Under the pieces are notes generated by a model. It saw only the letters and a program-made list of their open reading frames with translations, made no database searches and was not told where the DNA came from. The position numbers were made by a program, and so were the translations under genes. A stretch of 63,836 nt of DNA, filler included. It is 8 parts of 8 records of this genome, joined end to end, with 100 filler letters (N's around TTAATTAATTAA, not from the genome) between each part and the next. Parts side by side here need not be neighbours in the genome. Positions count along the whole stretch, not along the records: positions 33,275 to 41,724 come from SRR2962707_1333; positions 41,825 to 52,098 come from SRR2962707_1334; 6 more parts are not named here. One strand, written 5' to 3'. This document shows, piece after piece, positions 33,398 through 45,300 of the stretch (the stretch's first letter is position 1; each line of letters begins with the position of its first letter).

Positions 33398-36300
33398 CCA
33401 GTGCTGTGTCGATGCTTCGGTGCCAAGGTCCACGGCCGCAGATACCACCCGCAACTTCGGGAACAACATCTCGCTGGGCATATGTATTCCACTTTTGCTG
33501 CACAGCAGGGTCATTACATATATCAGCGAAAGTTCGCTGGGAATCAAACCTTATCCCTGAGTCAGAATGCAACAGCAATCAAAACATGCCACGTGAGAAC
33601 CAGCGGGGCAAGAACGGCCCGGGCTGAAATAACAAATTTGACACGCACCCATCAAGACGGTTCGGACTCCGCTGACGGCCAATGCCTCTTCTTTAGATGC
33701 CGCCATGCCATTGTGAAACGTCGCAAGTGGTCCGAAAGCCTTTTGCAGCTGCTTCGCCGCAGCAGCAAGCTTTTCCGCGCCGTCGAAGACAGCGGTGCAT
33801 CGTACGACGTCCGCGTTTTCTGCTGGACGAGGAACTGGCTTTGTCCAGTGGTCGTCAAAAGAGTGAAGCCAGCTGTGCATGCGTGTAAAACTTTTGATAG
33901 CATCCACATGAGGCACACCTCCCAAAACCTGCCAGCCGCGAAACCAATTAGTTGCAAACGGAGTTGGACACAGCAATGCATGCGAAACAAGCAACTCCAC
34001 CAGCCATGTCACGCACCAAGTGTCCAATATGGGACTCTACCGCTGGACCAAACTGGTCCAGCAGGGCAAGACCAACGAGGCGCATGTAATGAATGTACGC
34101 GGTTTCAAAAGCAACAGTCTCGATTTCGCATTCGAAGTGTGGATTCGTCGGTGCTTTTGCCAAAAGCTCCTGCAAAGCAGGAGGGGGGACAAGTCCACCG
34201 CCGATATCTTGCCTGCCATTTGCGTCCTTTGCCATTGTTACCTCGAGGGACCCCAGGCTCGTGGCAAGGTGCTCGCTGTCATAAATCTCCTCAAGCGATG
34301 CAGCTGCAGGCGCATAACACATAAAACCAGAAAGCTCGTCACGTCGGCAACTTTGACAAGCAAAGAAATCACATCGATGGTCGGTGCAGAGATGACGAAC
34401 CGATCATCGCCATTTCTTCGTCAAGACTGGAATGCAACGTTGGCCAAGAAGGCTGTGCCCAGCTGAGACATTGCGTGAACTGGAATGTACCAAGAAGAAG
34501 GCGCACTTTGTCACGGATCTCGTCATCCAGATGCGAAAACCTGACGGCACGCAAAAGCAAGCGTTGCGGTTGGTCAGATCATTGCAAGTTGATGAGAACA
34601 CTTATTTCCCGCAGTCGCATTGGAACACAGTTGGTTGGTACAATTCTGCCAACGTACTTTAGTGCTTTGACAGTCCATGGCACGCAATCTTTAATAAGCT
34701 GACGATGATTGTCCGAAATATAGGTGTAGTCCCCGCTCAGCATCTTGCTGACGCAACTTGGTACTGGCAATACTTGCTTACGGGCCAAGTGGCGGCGAGC
34801 TTCACGCAGCTTCTCCTTGCGCCGGGCATGCTCAGCAGCTTGCTTTTTCCTTCGTTCGGGCTCTGCTGCCAACAACTTCGCAGCGGCGAGCGAGGCTGGC
34901 AGCATGTTTTTATCTTGCTGCGTGGCTTCATCCGTTGGATGGGCCACGTTTTTCAGTTCGTCAAGCAACCACTGCATGTCAGCAATGCCGATGTCATTCC
35001 CAAGAAGAAATGGCGCCGCTGCTACAAGCGCGTTTGCAAAGTCCACCATATTCGGCGAGTCAGTGTCGGGCGAAGGTTGGCGCTTGCCCCCAAGAGCATT
35101 TTCGACCTGCTGCAACAAGTCTTGTAGCAGTTGTGCGAGTGTCGCGGGGAGCTGCGACCACGCGATCGCGCTTGGCTCCGTGCGCTTCAAGTCAATGGAC
35201 TTTGCCTGAACGTTCACAAAGCCCTCACTGTCGGAAAGTGCGACAAGCTTATTGGTGTTTGCGTCGCTTCCGAGTTGTTGCTGCACTGTGCTTGACAACT
35301 TGACTTTCTCTGACAAGACTACAGCACGATCAGTGTAGCCCTTGATTTCTTCGCGCCGCAGCAATACGTGGTCTCCAGCTTCAAGTTCAATGTTGCCATC
35401 TGCTGACATCTCTTGGCGCAGCGACTCAAGGGCCTGTGCGCACCGACAATTACGGTACAACCAGTTAGCCCAGCCACAAAGCAAACACAAGTCTGAAGCC
35501 ATCCAGAAGGCATGAACTGGAACAAGAGATGAAACGACAGCACCGCAGCAAAACGCCTTGGTCTTGCGGGTTTGGGACTCACCGATCCGATACAGAAGGG
35601 CTGCCAATCGCGGCGCAGCAAGCCCAGAAGCTCATCAATTGATAGGCGGTGCACTTGCGCGTTTGCCCCGCTGCGTTGCTCTTTGTTTTTGGATTGCCGG
35701 CGCCTCGCGATGACGCTTGCGTCAGCAACGCACAGTGAAACAGCTGCACGTGTCAGCATCATTGATTCGGTCACATCAAGAAGCCTCGGAGCAGAAGCAA
35801 TTTGTTTCGCAGTAGCGTTTGCCAGTTTTTCAATCGTTGCGCTGCTGTCAACGCTAGTTGCATCGAAAGTAAACCTGGGTCGCAGCATGGTCAACAAGTG
35901 TAAACGCCTGCCAAGAAGTAGCGTTCATGAAAAAAGCAAGCCAATCATTGCCACGCACTGTTCTTGCAAAAACACATCTGGGATTTTGGGCTTGAGTTTG
36001 TTGTGTCGCTCGTTGTCCAACAGAGTGAGCCGAAATGACGGGTTGCCATAAGCATACCTGCGAATATCCAAACAAGCAAAGGTCAGCGGTCAATTCAAAT
36101 TGGTAACACATCGCAGCAAGCAGCAGTGAACCTTGTGTGCTCAATGCATCGCAAAATGCCACCATGCACAGCAGTGCGGAACTTGCTTTTTGTAGTCAGC
36201 CCACGAATTGATAGCATTGTCATCCACGGCTTTTATGACGTGGCCATTGCGCACACCCTGCCTGTGCGCTCCAGCAGAATGGTCGGCGACGACGCCCGTG

Positions 36301-39300
36301 ACCGTAAGGCTCGATTGATACACACGGAAACCGGCCAGTCCAGCACTATCGCGGACAATTTTGACTTCATACTCGCCACTCACTTCCTCAACTTCGGTTG
36401 ACTGGCGACGGCCGACAATGGAGGTGCCCTCACCAAAGATCCGCACGTCGAGCGACTTGCGGGTGCCCGCTTGGCGGTGATTAGTCTCCACACTTTGTGA
36501 GATGGCAACTGCTCGGAAGTCTGACTGCAGTGCTTGCCCTGCACCCTGCCATGAATTCCCAGACGGGCGCAGCTCAAGGTCTGGGACGTTTTCTTTGGTA
36601 ACTTGACTCGTGGCGACGCTTTCCTCGATACCTGGCGAAATAAGAGCCTCGTTGGTGATGCGACAGAACGCAAGGATATCCGTGTCCTCAAGAGTTATCG
36701 GTTGTTGCTGTAAGCAAGTCAGTCAAGCACGCCACGCAAACAGCGCAAAAGAATGGTCAACCACATGGACAAGAAAACGTGGCGATGATTGGCGATCGGC
36801 TATCGTGATTTTTTGGGAAAATAACAAGAAAAATACCAGGATAACAAGCGCGGCGTTGCCATCTCCGAGAGTGATGACGCGGTCACCAACAGCATGGGAG
36901 GAAACAAGAGAAGGCACGTGCGCCGCTCCGTACGAGCTTGTCGATGGGACGCGGAACACCAGCAACCACAGGTTTGACAACGACGCAGGGTCGCTGGTCT
37001 GCATTACCAAGGCACGGACTTCACCGATAAAATCGCCCCTTTGGAGGTGCTGCAGTTTCGCTTCCGTATTCGCCACTTCCCGCTCCTTCAGCTGTTCCGC
37101 ACTGAGCAGTGAGGCGTCTGGGGGCGCAGGGCCCCACGCTGGCACCGCGGGCCGTGATGCAAGTTCAAGCTCAAGCCAAAGCTTGTCTGCAGAACACAGC
37201 GACTCACTGCCAGCATCTTCTGCAAGCGAGGTTTGAAGCTGCGCGGGCAGTTCCGTTGCAGAAACAGGGCAGGTTGCCGTGGCGACTGGTATAGGGGCGA
37301 GCTGGGCCCGGGCAGAGCCGGAAGAATTGGAAACCTTAATGCGAGATGGCGGCACATTGGTTTCATGATCACCATCATCGTAGTGAATGCTGAATTTAGG
37401 CTCTGGCCCTGAGTCGTCGCGGGAACTGATGACTCCAGAGTAATACACGCTCCCCGCCTTGTAATTGCTCTTCACCTTCGTGCCGACACGCAGCGCTGAG
37501 TGTGGTTCGTTCAACTGCTCGTCAGCAGTGCTGGCGTCAGCGGTGGCCACCGCTGCGGCCACAGCAGCGGCCACCAAAGTGTCTCGAGTTGCTTGAGTCG
37601 CTTCAGCACTGGCCCCGCTGTTTTCCTTCGATCCGCCACCGGCAGCGGGTTGTTCGCTTGCCTGCGCGACACTCCGGCCAGCAACCTTCGCCCTTTGGAG
37701 TGCACGAGCAAGGCACACTTCACGCACTGTCGAAAAGAGTTTATACACGCGACAGTAGACGGAGGCTCGCAGACTCCGAACGGAGTCATCAACGTGAATG
37801 CTGTTGGACTGCAACACAGTGCATTCAGGGCACTGAGGCCCGTTGTTCGGGCCACAACGACCGTCGCCTGATCCCATGATGGCGCGGCCAACATTTCGGC
37901 CGCAGTACATTTTCTCAGCACAGGCTCCGGATCCAGGGGCAACGGCAAAACCAGCTGCATTTTTCGGCACGTTGGACTCCACCCAAGACGCAGCAAACTG
38001 TGATGCATGACTGCAAGCACGGCGCAGCCGCGCGAGTGACTGGGTTGGCAAGATGCTGTCGCCGCCGGTTTCTTCGCCGCCGTTGTGGTCGAGCAGATCG
38101 GCCAGGTCGCGTGGTCGCAACTGCCCCAGCAGGAAGTCGAACGCGTGCAGGGCGTACGTGTCAGCTTCGGGACAAGCGTACAGGCGCACGACGCTGTTCA
38201 CGGCTTCTAACCGCGGCAGGGTGAACGCCAAGCGATCCGCAGCTGGGGCATCTGCACCAGGAATCCAGGTCGCAGGGGACCCTGCTGAAGTGTTGTAATG
38301 CTTGAGGACTTCTGGTGGGAGTAACTCAGCGGGGACGCGTACAACTGCCCGATTAAGAGCAGCGAGTTCTGCCAGCACCTCGTCCGCAGACAAGGGCTGA
38401 ACGATGCGGAACAGGGCGCGTGCGGAAGCCCCGCTACCAATGAGTTTGTGGACATTCTCGGACGTCACCGTGTCGCAGATCTCACCTCTACCGGGGGCCG
38501 ACGGATTGGGAATGAGCGTCAAAGCCTCACGGGCGTACCACCATGTCTCGCCGGAAAATGTCTGCACCTGCACTGGAACAGGTTGCAACTCCGCCGGATT
38601 GGTGGCCAAAATGAAACCAAACTGACCAGGTTTCAGAGGGCCGTCAGCTGCATTCAAGCTGGAGGGCGCCTTATACGTTGCCGAGAGTGTCACCAGACAG
38701 CCAGCGGACAATCGATCACGCGCTTTGTCAGCAGGTTGGACGCCAGCCAAGTTGTTGCGCATGCAAGGCCAGCACACGCCCAACTTGGTGCTGGTGAGCG
38801 GGTTGCGGCTAGCAGCATTCAAGTTGGACAGGTCAGCTGACACAACCGACGCGGCCGGGTCGCCAATGTCACTTTCAGCAAGTTCACCGCTGGCCACGTT
38901 CAGTCCATCTTGTGCATCGTTGCTGCCGAGCCACTGGCGTACCCCTTCCGGCAGCGGTGGGGCTGTGTAAATTTCAATGCGTTCGAACGCCACGTGACCA
39001 ACAAACGCAGGAGTCTCAGAGTTGCTAGATGACGCGAGAAGGCTAGCCGACGGGACGGCACCTTTGGGAGCGACTGGGATGGTGTTCCCACCCTCACCAT
39101 CTCCGAGCGTTGGTGTTGTCCCACCACCGCCAGCACCCGGCACGAAAATGGACGGCTTGCCTCCACTGGTTTTCGCTGGGGCGCTCGCGTTGAATGAAAA
39201 AAGTGGGGAAGATGCACGCTTGGCTTGCGCTTCCACGTGGGGAGACTTGAAGACGAGGTGGATGCGAGTCAGAGATTCCAGCAGCTTGTGTACGGCTGCC

Positions 39301-41414
39301 GGGCTCCTGTCCAGGAAGGCCCCAAAGCGATTCACGAGAGCGCGAACGATGTCGGCCCGTGTCACAAGGGTCACCCATGTTCGTTCTGTTGGCAAGTCCT
39401 TCGGCTCCAACGGCAGCTCGAACGACATCACAGACTCTTCAGTTGCGGTCGCCCCTGTATCTGCAGAAAGGAAGGGGAGAGCGTGTGCCACGTCTTCGGC
39501 ACGTACATTGAACACGCATTTCGCCTCGAAGGAGGACGGGTTGCATTGCTGGCCAAAACGAGGCGCGTTCAACTCGACGCGGATTTTCGAAAAATGATCG
39601 CGGTCACGATCAGAGCCACTTCGGCCCAAGTTGTCTGCCTTGAGGATGAGCGTGGTCCGCGCGCAGTCGGTGCCGTCAACGTCAAACCTGAGCTTTTCTT
39701 TGTGAAACGCTTTGCTGCGCGATGGGTTTGCCCGCAGCAAATTGGTTAGGTTGGACGAGTCGGGCACTTTCTCAAAACGGTTGTGGTTGCAAAGGTTGTC
39801 GGCGATTTTCTTGCGCATCGTTTGGTCAACGTATTCCAAAAATTGCAGGGGGTGCGTTGCCATGCGCTGGGCATCCACGGACATATCTTCGAAACATGTC
39901 CCGTGACTCACAGTCGTGAAACATTGCTGACACAGCCGCGGCGGCAACATCACCCCGTCAGTTCGCACTAGCAAAAGGTCGGCGCTGCCGCCACCGCCCG
40001 CAGCGCCGGGCGCCACGACACTGGCGTCGCCTGGAAGTTTGTCTTTCATGGTGCATTTGGCCTTGTAACGGCGAGCACGGTCCCAATTGAAATTCATGCC
40101 ACAGCCGAGGTCACTGTGGCGGGTGCCACCTTTGTCAGGTGCGTCGGCACCGCAGGTTACGGAGGAGCAACCGTCCGTCTTGAATGTGACAAGCCCGCAG
40201 TGGGGGCAGTGGCGCATGTTTTTTGCTTTGAATTCCTCCGACTTGCACAGATCTTCAAAGTTGCGTAATTCAGCCTTCACGTCTTCTGATATGTCGCCTT
40301 GCGCGGCAACGAAGCGCATCCACTGCTCCTTGAGTTTGGAGAACTCTTCGCAGGCGACGCCAGGGTGCGACGAAAGCCAGCAGTTCAAACACCAGTCTTG
40401 CTGACAGGTGCTGCACTTCACACCACGAGAGCCACCAGGTAGTCGCGTGTCGAGCACACCAAGGTCAATGACCGCGCCACACTCCTTGCTTGGGCACTGG
40501 CGGAGGAAGCCGTGCGTTTTCCGAGCAATGTCAAGGCCAGCGTCGTAGTATGAGCGCAGAACCGCCTCGTCGGCGCGCAAAGCTTTCAGGACGATTGCTT
40601 CGGAAAGTGAGCATTTGCAAACCTGCCCTGCCGGGCACGCGACGGGATGTTCTTTTGCGCCAACGCATTTGCGCGTGTAGTTCGTCAAACACTTGCTGTG
40701 GGCTTGGTGGTTGTAGCCACATCCGATCGCGACAACATCGTCGACAGTGGTGGCAACTCCGGCATCGGAACCTCCCGAGCCGACGAGAAGCTCCCCCGCA
40801 CAGCACACGCAGTGTCCGTGGAGCATCTGAGAACAAGTTTCTGCCGATATCTTCGCCCCGCACCCCGACGGGCACTGCAGGAAGTGCCCAGTCGTGATCA
40901 TGTTGGCGCGGAAGCAGTTTCGGCACACGACTGTGTCGCAGCAGCCCAGCTGATGGTGAGGGCCTGCCTCGTTCTCGCAGATTGAGCATTCAAGGCCCGT
41001 GCCGCTGTCGGCTCCGCCAACCGACGCAGGTGGAAGAGCGGTGGCACTTTCGCCGAGCACCTCGTTGCGCAGCGCGTCGAAGCAGGCGCGCTGCAGTGGC
41101 GAAAGGCCCAGGGACTGGAGATGGGCCTCCGTGATGCGGCCAAAGTCGTCGATCGAGTCCAACAAGCCGAGGTCCACGAGCTTGTCACGGTACATGCCCA
41201 GGCCGACCATTTGAAGGGCGCCCGTGCGGGAGCTGACCTGGCGGGCCAGTACCGGCTGGGCAATGTCCAGCAGCTCCAGCTCGCTGTCAGCGTCGTCTTT
41301 CCTGCTGCTGCTGCCACTGGTGCTCGTTGCAACATCGCCGTCGATATCGACATCGACCCGCTTCTCCTCGGCAGCAACCTGCGACGAGAGCTCAGGAGCT
41401 GTTGGCAGGTCCAT
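33398..41414 (-). CDS. Giant multidomain RBR-type E3 ubiquitin ligase (SAM, RING, RING1-IBR-RING2, SH3-like, Tudor, PDZ, RelA/SpoT-like), 3' truncated
   Basis: Hand-spliced exons 41414-36837, 36707-36187, 36057-35959, 35907-35583, 35433-34658, 34540-34401, 34303-34017, 33928-33649, 33556-33398 stay in one frame. IBR: CPSKEC...CSTC...CLNC..HPGVAC. RING2: CPHCG...DGCSSVTC. SAM: LQMVGLGMYRDKLVDLG...HLQSLGL. Confidence 0.8.
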
Positions 41415-41724
41415 CGCACCGTTCTTCTCACTCACGGGCGGAGTGCGTTGAACGAAGTGAGTTGATCAAAGCCGCGCAAAGTGAAATCGCTGTGAGTGTG
41501 ACGTCACGTGACACCGGCAAAACCAGCAATCACCACCGGCACCACATGGGAGTTATCAATCTCCGCCACCCGCGGTCTGGTTGGTTGCTTGTTCGTAGTT
41601 CTTCTGCGCAGCCGCACAAGAGCACAGCAACAACAACAACAAAATGTTTGTGTTTCGTTTTTCTGTACATTGCTTTTTCTTGTGGCAAAGAGTTAGTGAG
41701 CGAGTGTGAGTGAGTGAGTGAGTG

Positions 41725-41824
41725 NNNNNNNNNNNNNNNNNNNNNNNNNNNNNNNNNNNNNNNNNNNNTTAATTAATTAANNNNNNNNNNNNNNNNNNNN
41801 NNNNNNNNNNNNNNNNNNNNNNNN
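41725..41824. other. Artificial contig spacer
   Basis: N44-TTAATTAATTAA-N44. Confidence 0.98.
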
Positions 41825-42338
41825 CTGCTGCTGCTGCTGTTGCTGTTGCTGCTGATCGTGATCATGATGTTTGTTGGTGTTGTGTTGGTGATGGGGCGTG
41901 CGTGAGAGTCAGTTGGACGGACGGGTGAACGAGCGAGGGAGGCAAGGCTCTGCGTGTGCGCGAGTGACGGTTGGCCTGCTTGCTGTGCCTTTCAGCGCGA
42001 AAGTCGGGCAGCTCCTGGGAATTTTGCAGGAAAAACAAAACCGAGGTCTGGGGGCACGCCTCGCAGCAATTCCCTCCGTACTTTCCCTTTATCTTATCTT
42101 GCGGGTACTCTCGGCTTGTTTTCCTCACTCGCGCACGCACTCTCTCACACATACGCAACCACTCAAAACAATTTTCTGTGCGCACGCTGCAGCCGACGGA
42201 CGCGTTGTTGGACTCTTTTCTCTCCACCTCGTGCTTCTTATGTGACGCACCCATTGCTTCCGAATCCTTGTTGTCGCGAGGGGCGGTTGCGCTCTCGTGC
42301 AGTGTTGGCATCTCTGAGCAACAACACCCCGAACCAAC

Positions 42339-45300
42339 ATGCCCTCCAACGCGGGGGCCCGCATGTCGGGCAACAAGGCGAAGCGGAGAAATGACGACGG
42401 CGACTCTGGACGCCCAACGTTCGATCGAAAGAAGAGCATTATCGCACAGGAAGAGTCTCGCAACTACGATAAGTTGGTGTACTGGGAGTACCACGTGACG
42501 GAGGAGCAAGAGGATACTCCCTCAAACGTGGCCACCATACTGCAGGTTCACCAAATCACGGACGAACTTACGGGAGACACCAAAACTTATTACGACATCA
42601 AATATGCAAATGGCTGCTGTAAGCGCGTTCTGAAGCTAGTGCCCGAGAGCTTCTTGTCGTCCAAAGTACCAGTCCCGCTGCCGTACAACGAAGGAGATGA
42701 GGTGCTGACGCAGACTCTCAAAACCTTCTGGATGAACCCGAAAAATGGCGAGCGCTCCCTGACCAAGCCGAGCTATTTCTCGAATGGCAAGGCGCGATGC
42801 TTCAACGATAACGCACTGTTTTTCTTGCGGGATGGTTACACAGATGAGCCAGAGTTGGGCTTCAATGTCAACCTCACCGTGGACCCGGACGAGAAATACT
42901 TCACGATTCCCCGCAACCGCTTCCGCAAAGCTATGGTGGACCTAACCACCCACAGTGCCTTTGAGGGGATCATTCTAACGCTCATCTTGCTCAATACCAT
43001 CGCGTTGGCTATGATTGACATGAATCCTCGTTTTGTGGACCCTGTCACCTACAATGCATACGTCTCCACAGCCGAAGGATGTTGCGAGTTGGATCTCTTT
43101 GGCACCGCTGACTACTCAAACTCGACGTGCCTACAGTGCCCCACGGTGAACATGATTGCTGGCAAAGTGGAGATGTTTTTCACCATCGCCTTCACCGTCG
43201 AGATGGTCCTCAAGATTTTGGCGATGGGATTCATTGCTGGCCGAGGCACCTACCTTGCCAACGCATGGAACATTTTAGATTTTGTCGTCGTCGTCACTGG
43301 ACTGATGGATGCGACCGAAGTCATTGAAAGTGGGGTTGGGTTTCTGCGCCTGTTCAGGCTCCTGCGCCCGCTTCGCACATTCTCAGCCATCCCACCAATG
43401 AAAAACATGATATCCACGATCATCAATGCGATGGCAGCCCTTGTCTACGTCATGACGCTTTTGATCTTCGTGATCTTGCTCTTTGGCATCATCATGTCTG
43501 AGCTTTTTAGAGGCTCCTTGAATAGCCGCTGCCACATGAATCACCTGCCCTTGCAGGTGCCTTCGGTATCCCTTGCAGAGGCGGAAGCACTTGGCTGGGA
43601 CCCGCTTGCGCCGGATAACTGCATGCAATCGCAATTGCTTTCCAATTTGTGGACCTTCGCGAACTGCTCGGCCAACGCTACAAAACTTCACTGGCACAAA
43701 TTGTGGACGGCGGATGCTGGAGTGGTGCCAGTCTTTTTTGACAACATTGACTCATGGTACTACACTCATGCTGCTCTGGTTGCGAACTCTACGGCGATCC
43801 CCAACTACAACGACGGGACAACAAACATGTACGTCGCACACGCCATGGACTACGTGGAGTGGGTTGAGACTGAGGCAGCTTGGGGTGCGGAATTCAATCT
43901 GACCAATGATGGGCTCTGCTCAGACGCTGAAGGCATCGCCATTCCTGTAAGCTTTGAGCAGTGTGTTGCGATTTGCTATGACGTTGGTCTTCGGCCGGAG
44001 TACACGTGCACAAACCCTAACGGGGTGCAGTGTGAGTATGTTGTGAGTGGCGGCCACAACATGTCAGCGTACGACAACTGCGCTGGAACTCGATGTGACG
44101 AGTTCCAAACGCGAACGTGGGATGTGTACGACCCCCTTGGTCACCCAATGTGCGAAAAACGCTGCAATCGCACCACCACAGTAGGCCCACTGGAGGAACA
44201 GTTCCCAAACAACTGGGACACAATTGAATACATGCACCTCTCTCCTTGGAATTCTTCGAGCAATGTTGGTCTTGGCCCGTTCACGGTAAATCCCGACCAC
44301 GATTGCTTCTGGATGGTTGACGGGGAGGACACTCGATACTGCACACCGATTGGGGCGGGTGGCCACCATCATTGTTCTCCGAATCGTTACTGTGGCTCTA
44401 ACTTCGATGCCCAAGGGCAGCCTCGCTTTTCGTCGCACAAAATCACCGTGGAGGGCTCCTATGTGGAAGACTTGTATTGGGGCGTTCCTGTGTTCGACAA
44501 CCTTGGCCTTGCCATGCTGGCTATTTTCCAGTCACTCACTCTCGAAGGTTGGGTTGATATCCTCTACACCGTGGCCGACGGATTCAACTTCATCGTGGCG
44601 GCAATCCTCTTTGTGGCAGTTGTGCTCTTCGGCGCGTTCCTGATCATGAACTTAACACTCGCTGTGATCTGGATGGCGTATGACCGCGAAAAGCAAGGCA
44701 CGATCCAGGAAGCTGACGAGAAGCACCGTTTACGGTTGCGTGCAGCGCTTGAGGCAGTGCTTTACAACCTCTTCCTGTCTTATCACGTCATCAACAACCT
44801 TCCACGGGACTGGCCGACGTTGACTCTGGCCAAGATTGACAACCTCCATGCTCGGCTGGAGCTGCTGTGGCAAACTATGGAGAAAGCGGTGGAGCCTAAA
44901 AACCCATGCGATGCTGGCGCTCTTATGGCTGTTATCCAAAGTGTGCTCAAGAACGACGTTGACGACAACGGCATGGATGATGCAGTGTCAGTGAAACTCG
45001 ATCCATCGTTTCCGATCATTCGCAAGGCAATTCTCGTTCATGACCACTTGGTAAAGAACCGCGGCCGATTTGCGACCTTTACGGTTGGCGACGAGGTCAA
45101 GCTGGCTATCCCAGACACATTGAAAGTAGTCCAAGACTCCTGCGGCGCTCAATGGACAGTTGGTGTGGACATTGAGGAAAACGAAGTCGGGAAGATTGTG
45201 CACGTCATCCCAAAGGACGAACCGAATGCTGGTAAGCTTGCCGTGCAGTTCAAGAAAGGCACTTGGCTTTTCGAGACCTCCATGCTGACCAAGGACATGG

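Noticed and set aside
38763-39932. Possible ZZ zinc finger split by a ~380-aa insertion (CQQC ... CWPC)
   Set aside because: Too few ligands are conserved to support it without a structure prediction.
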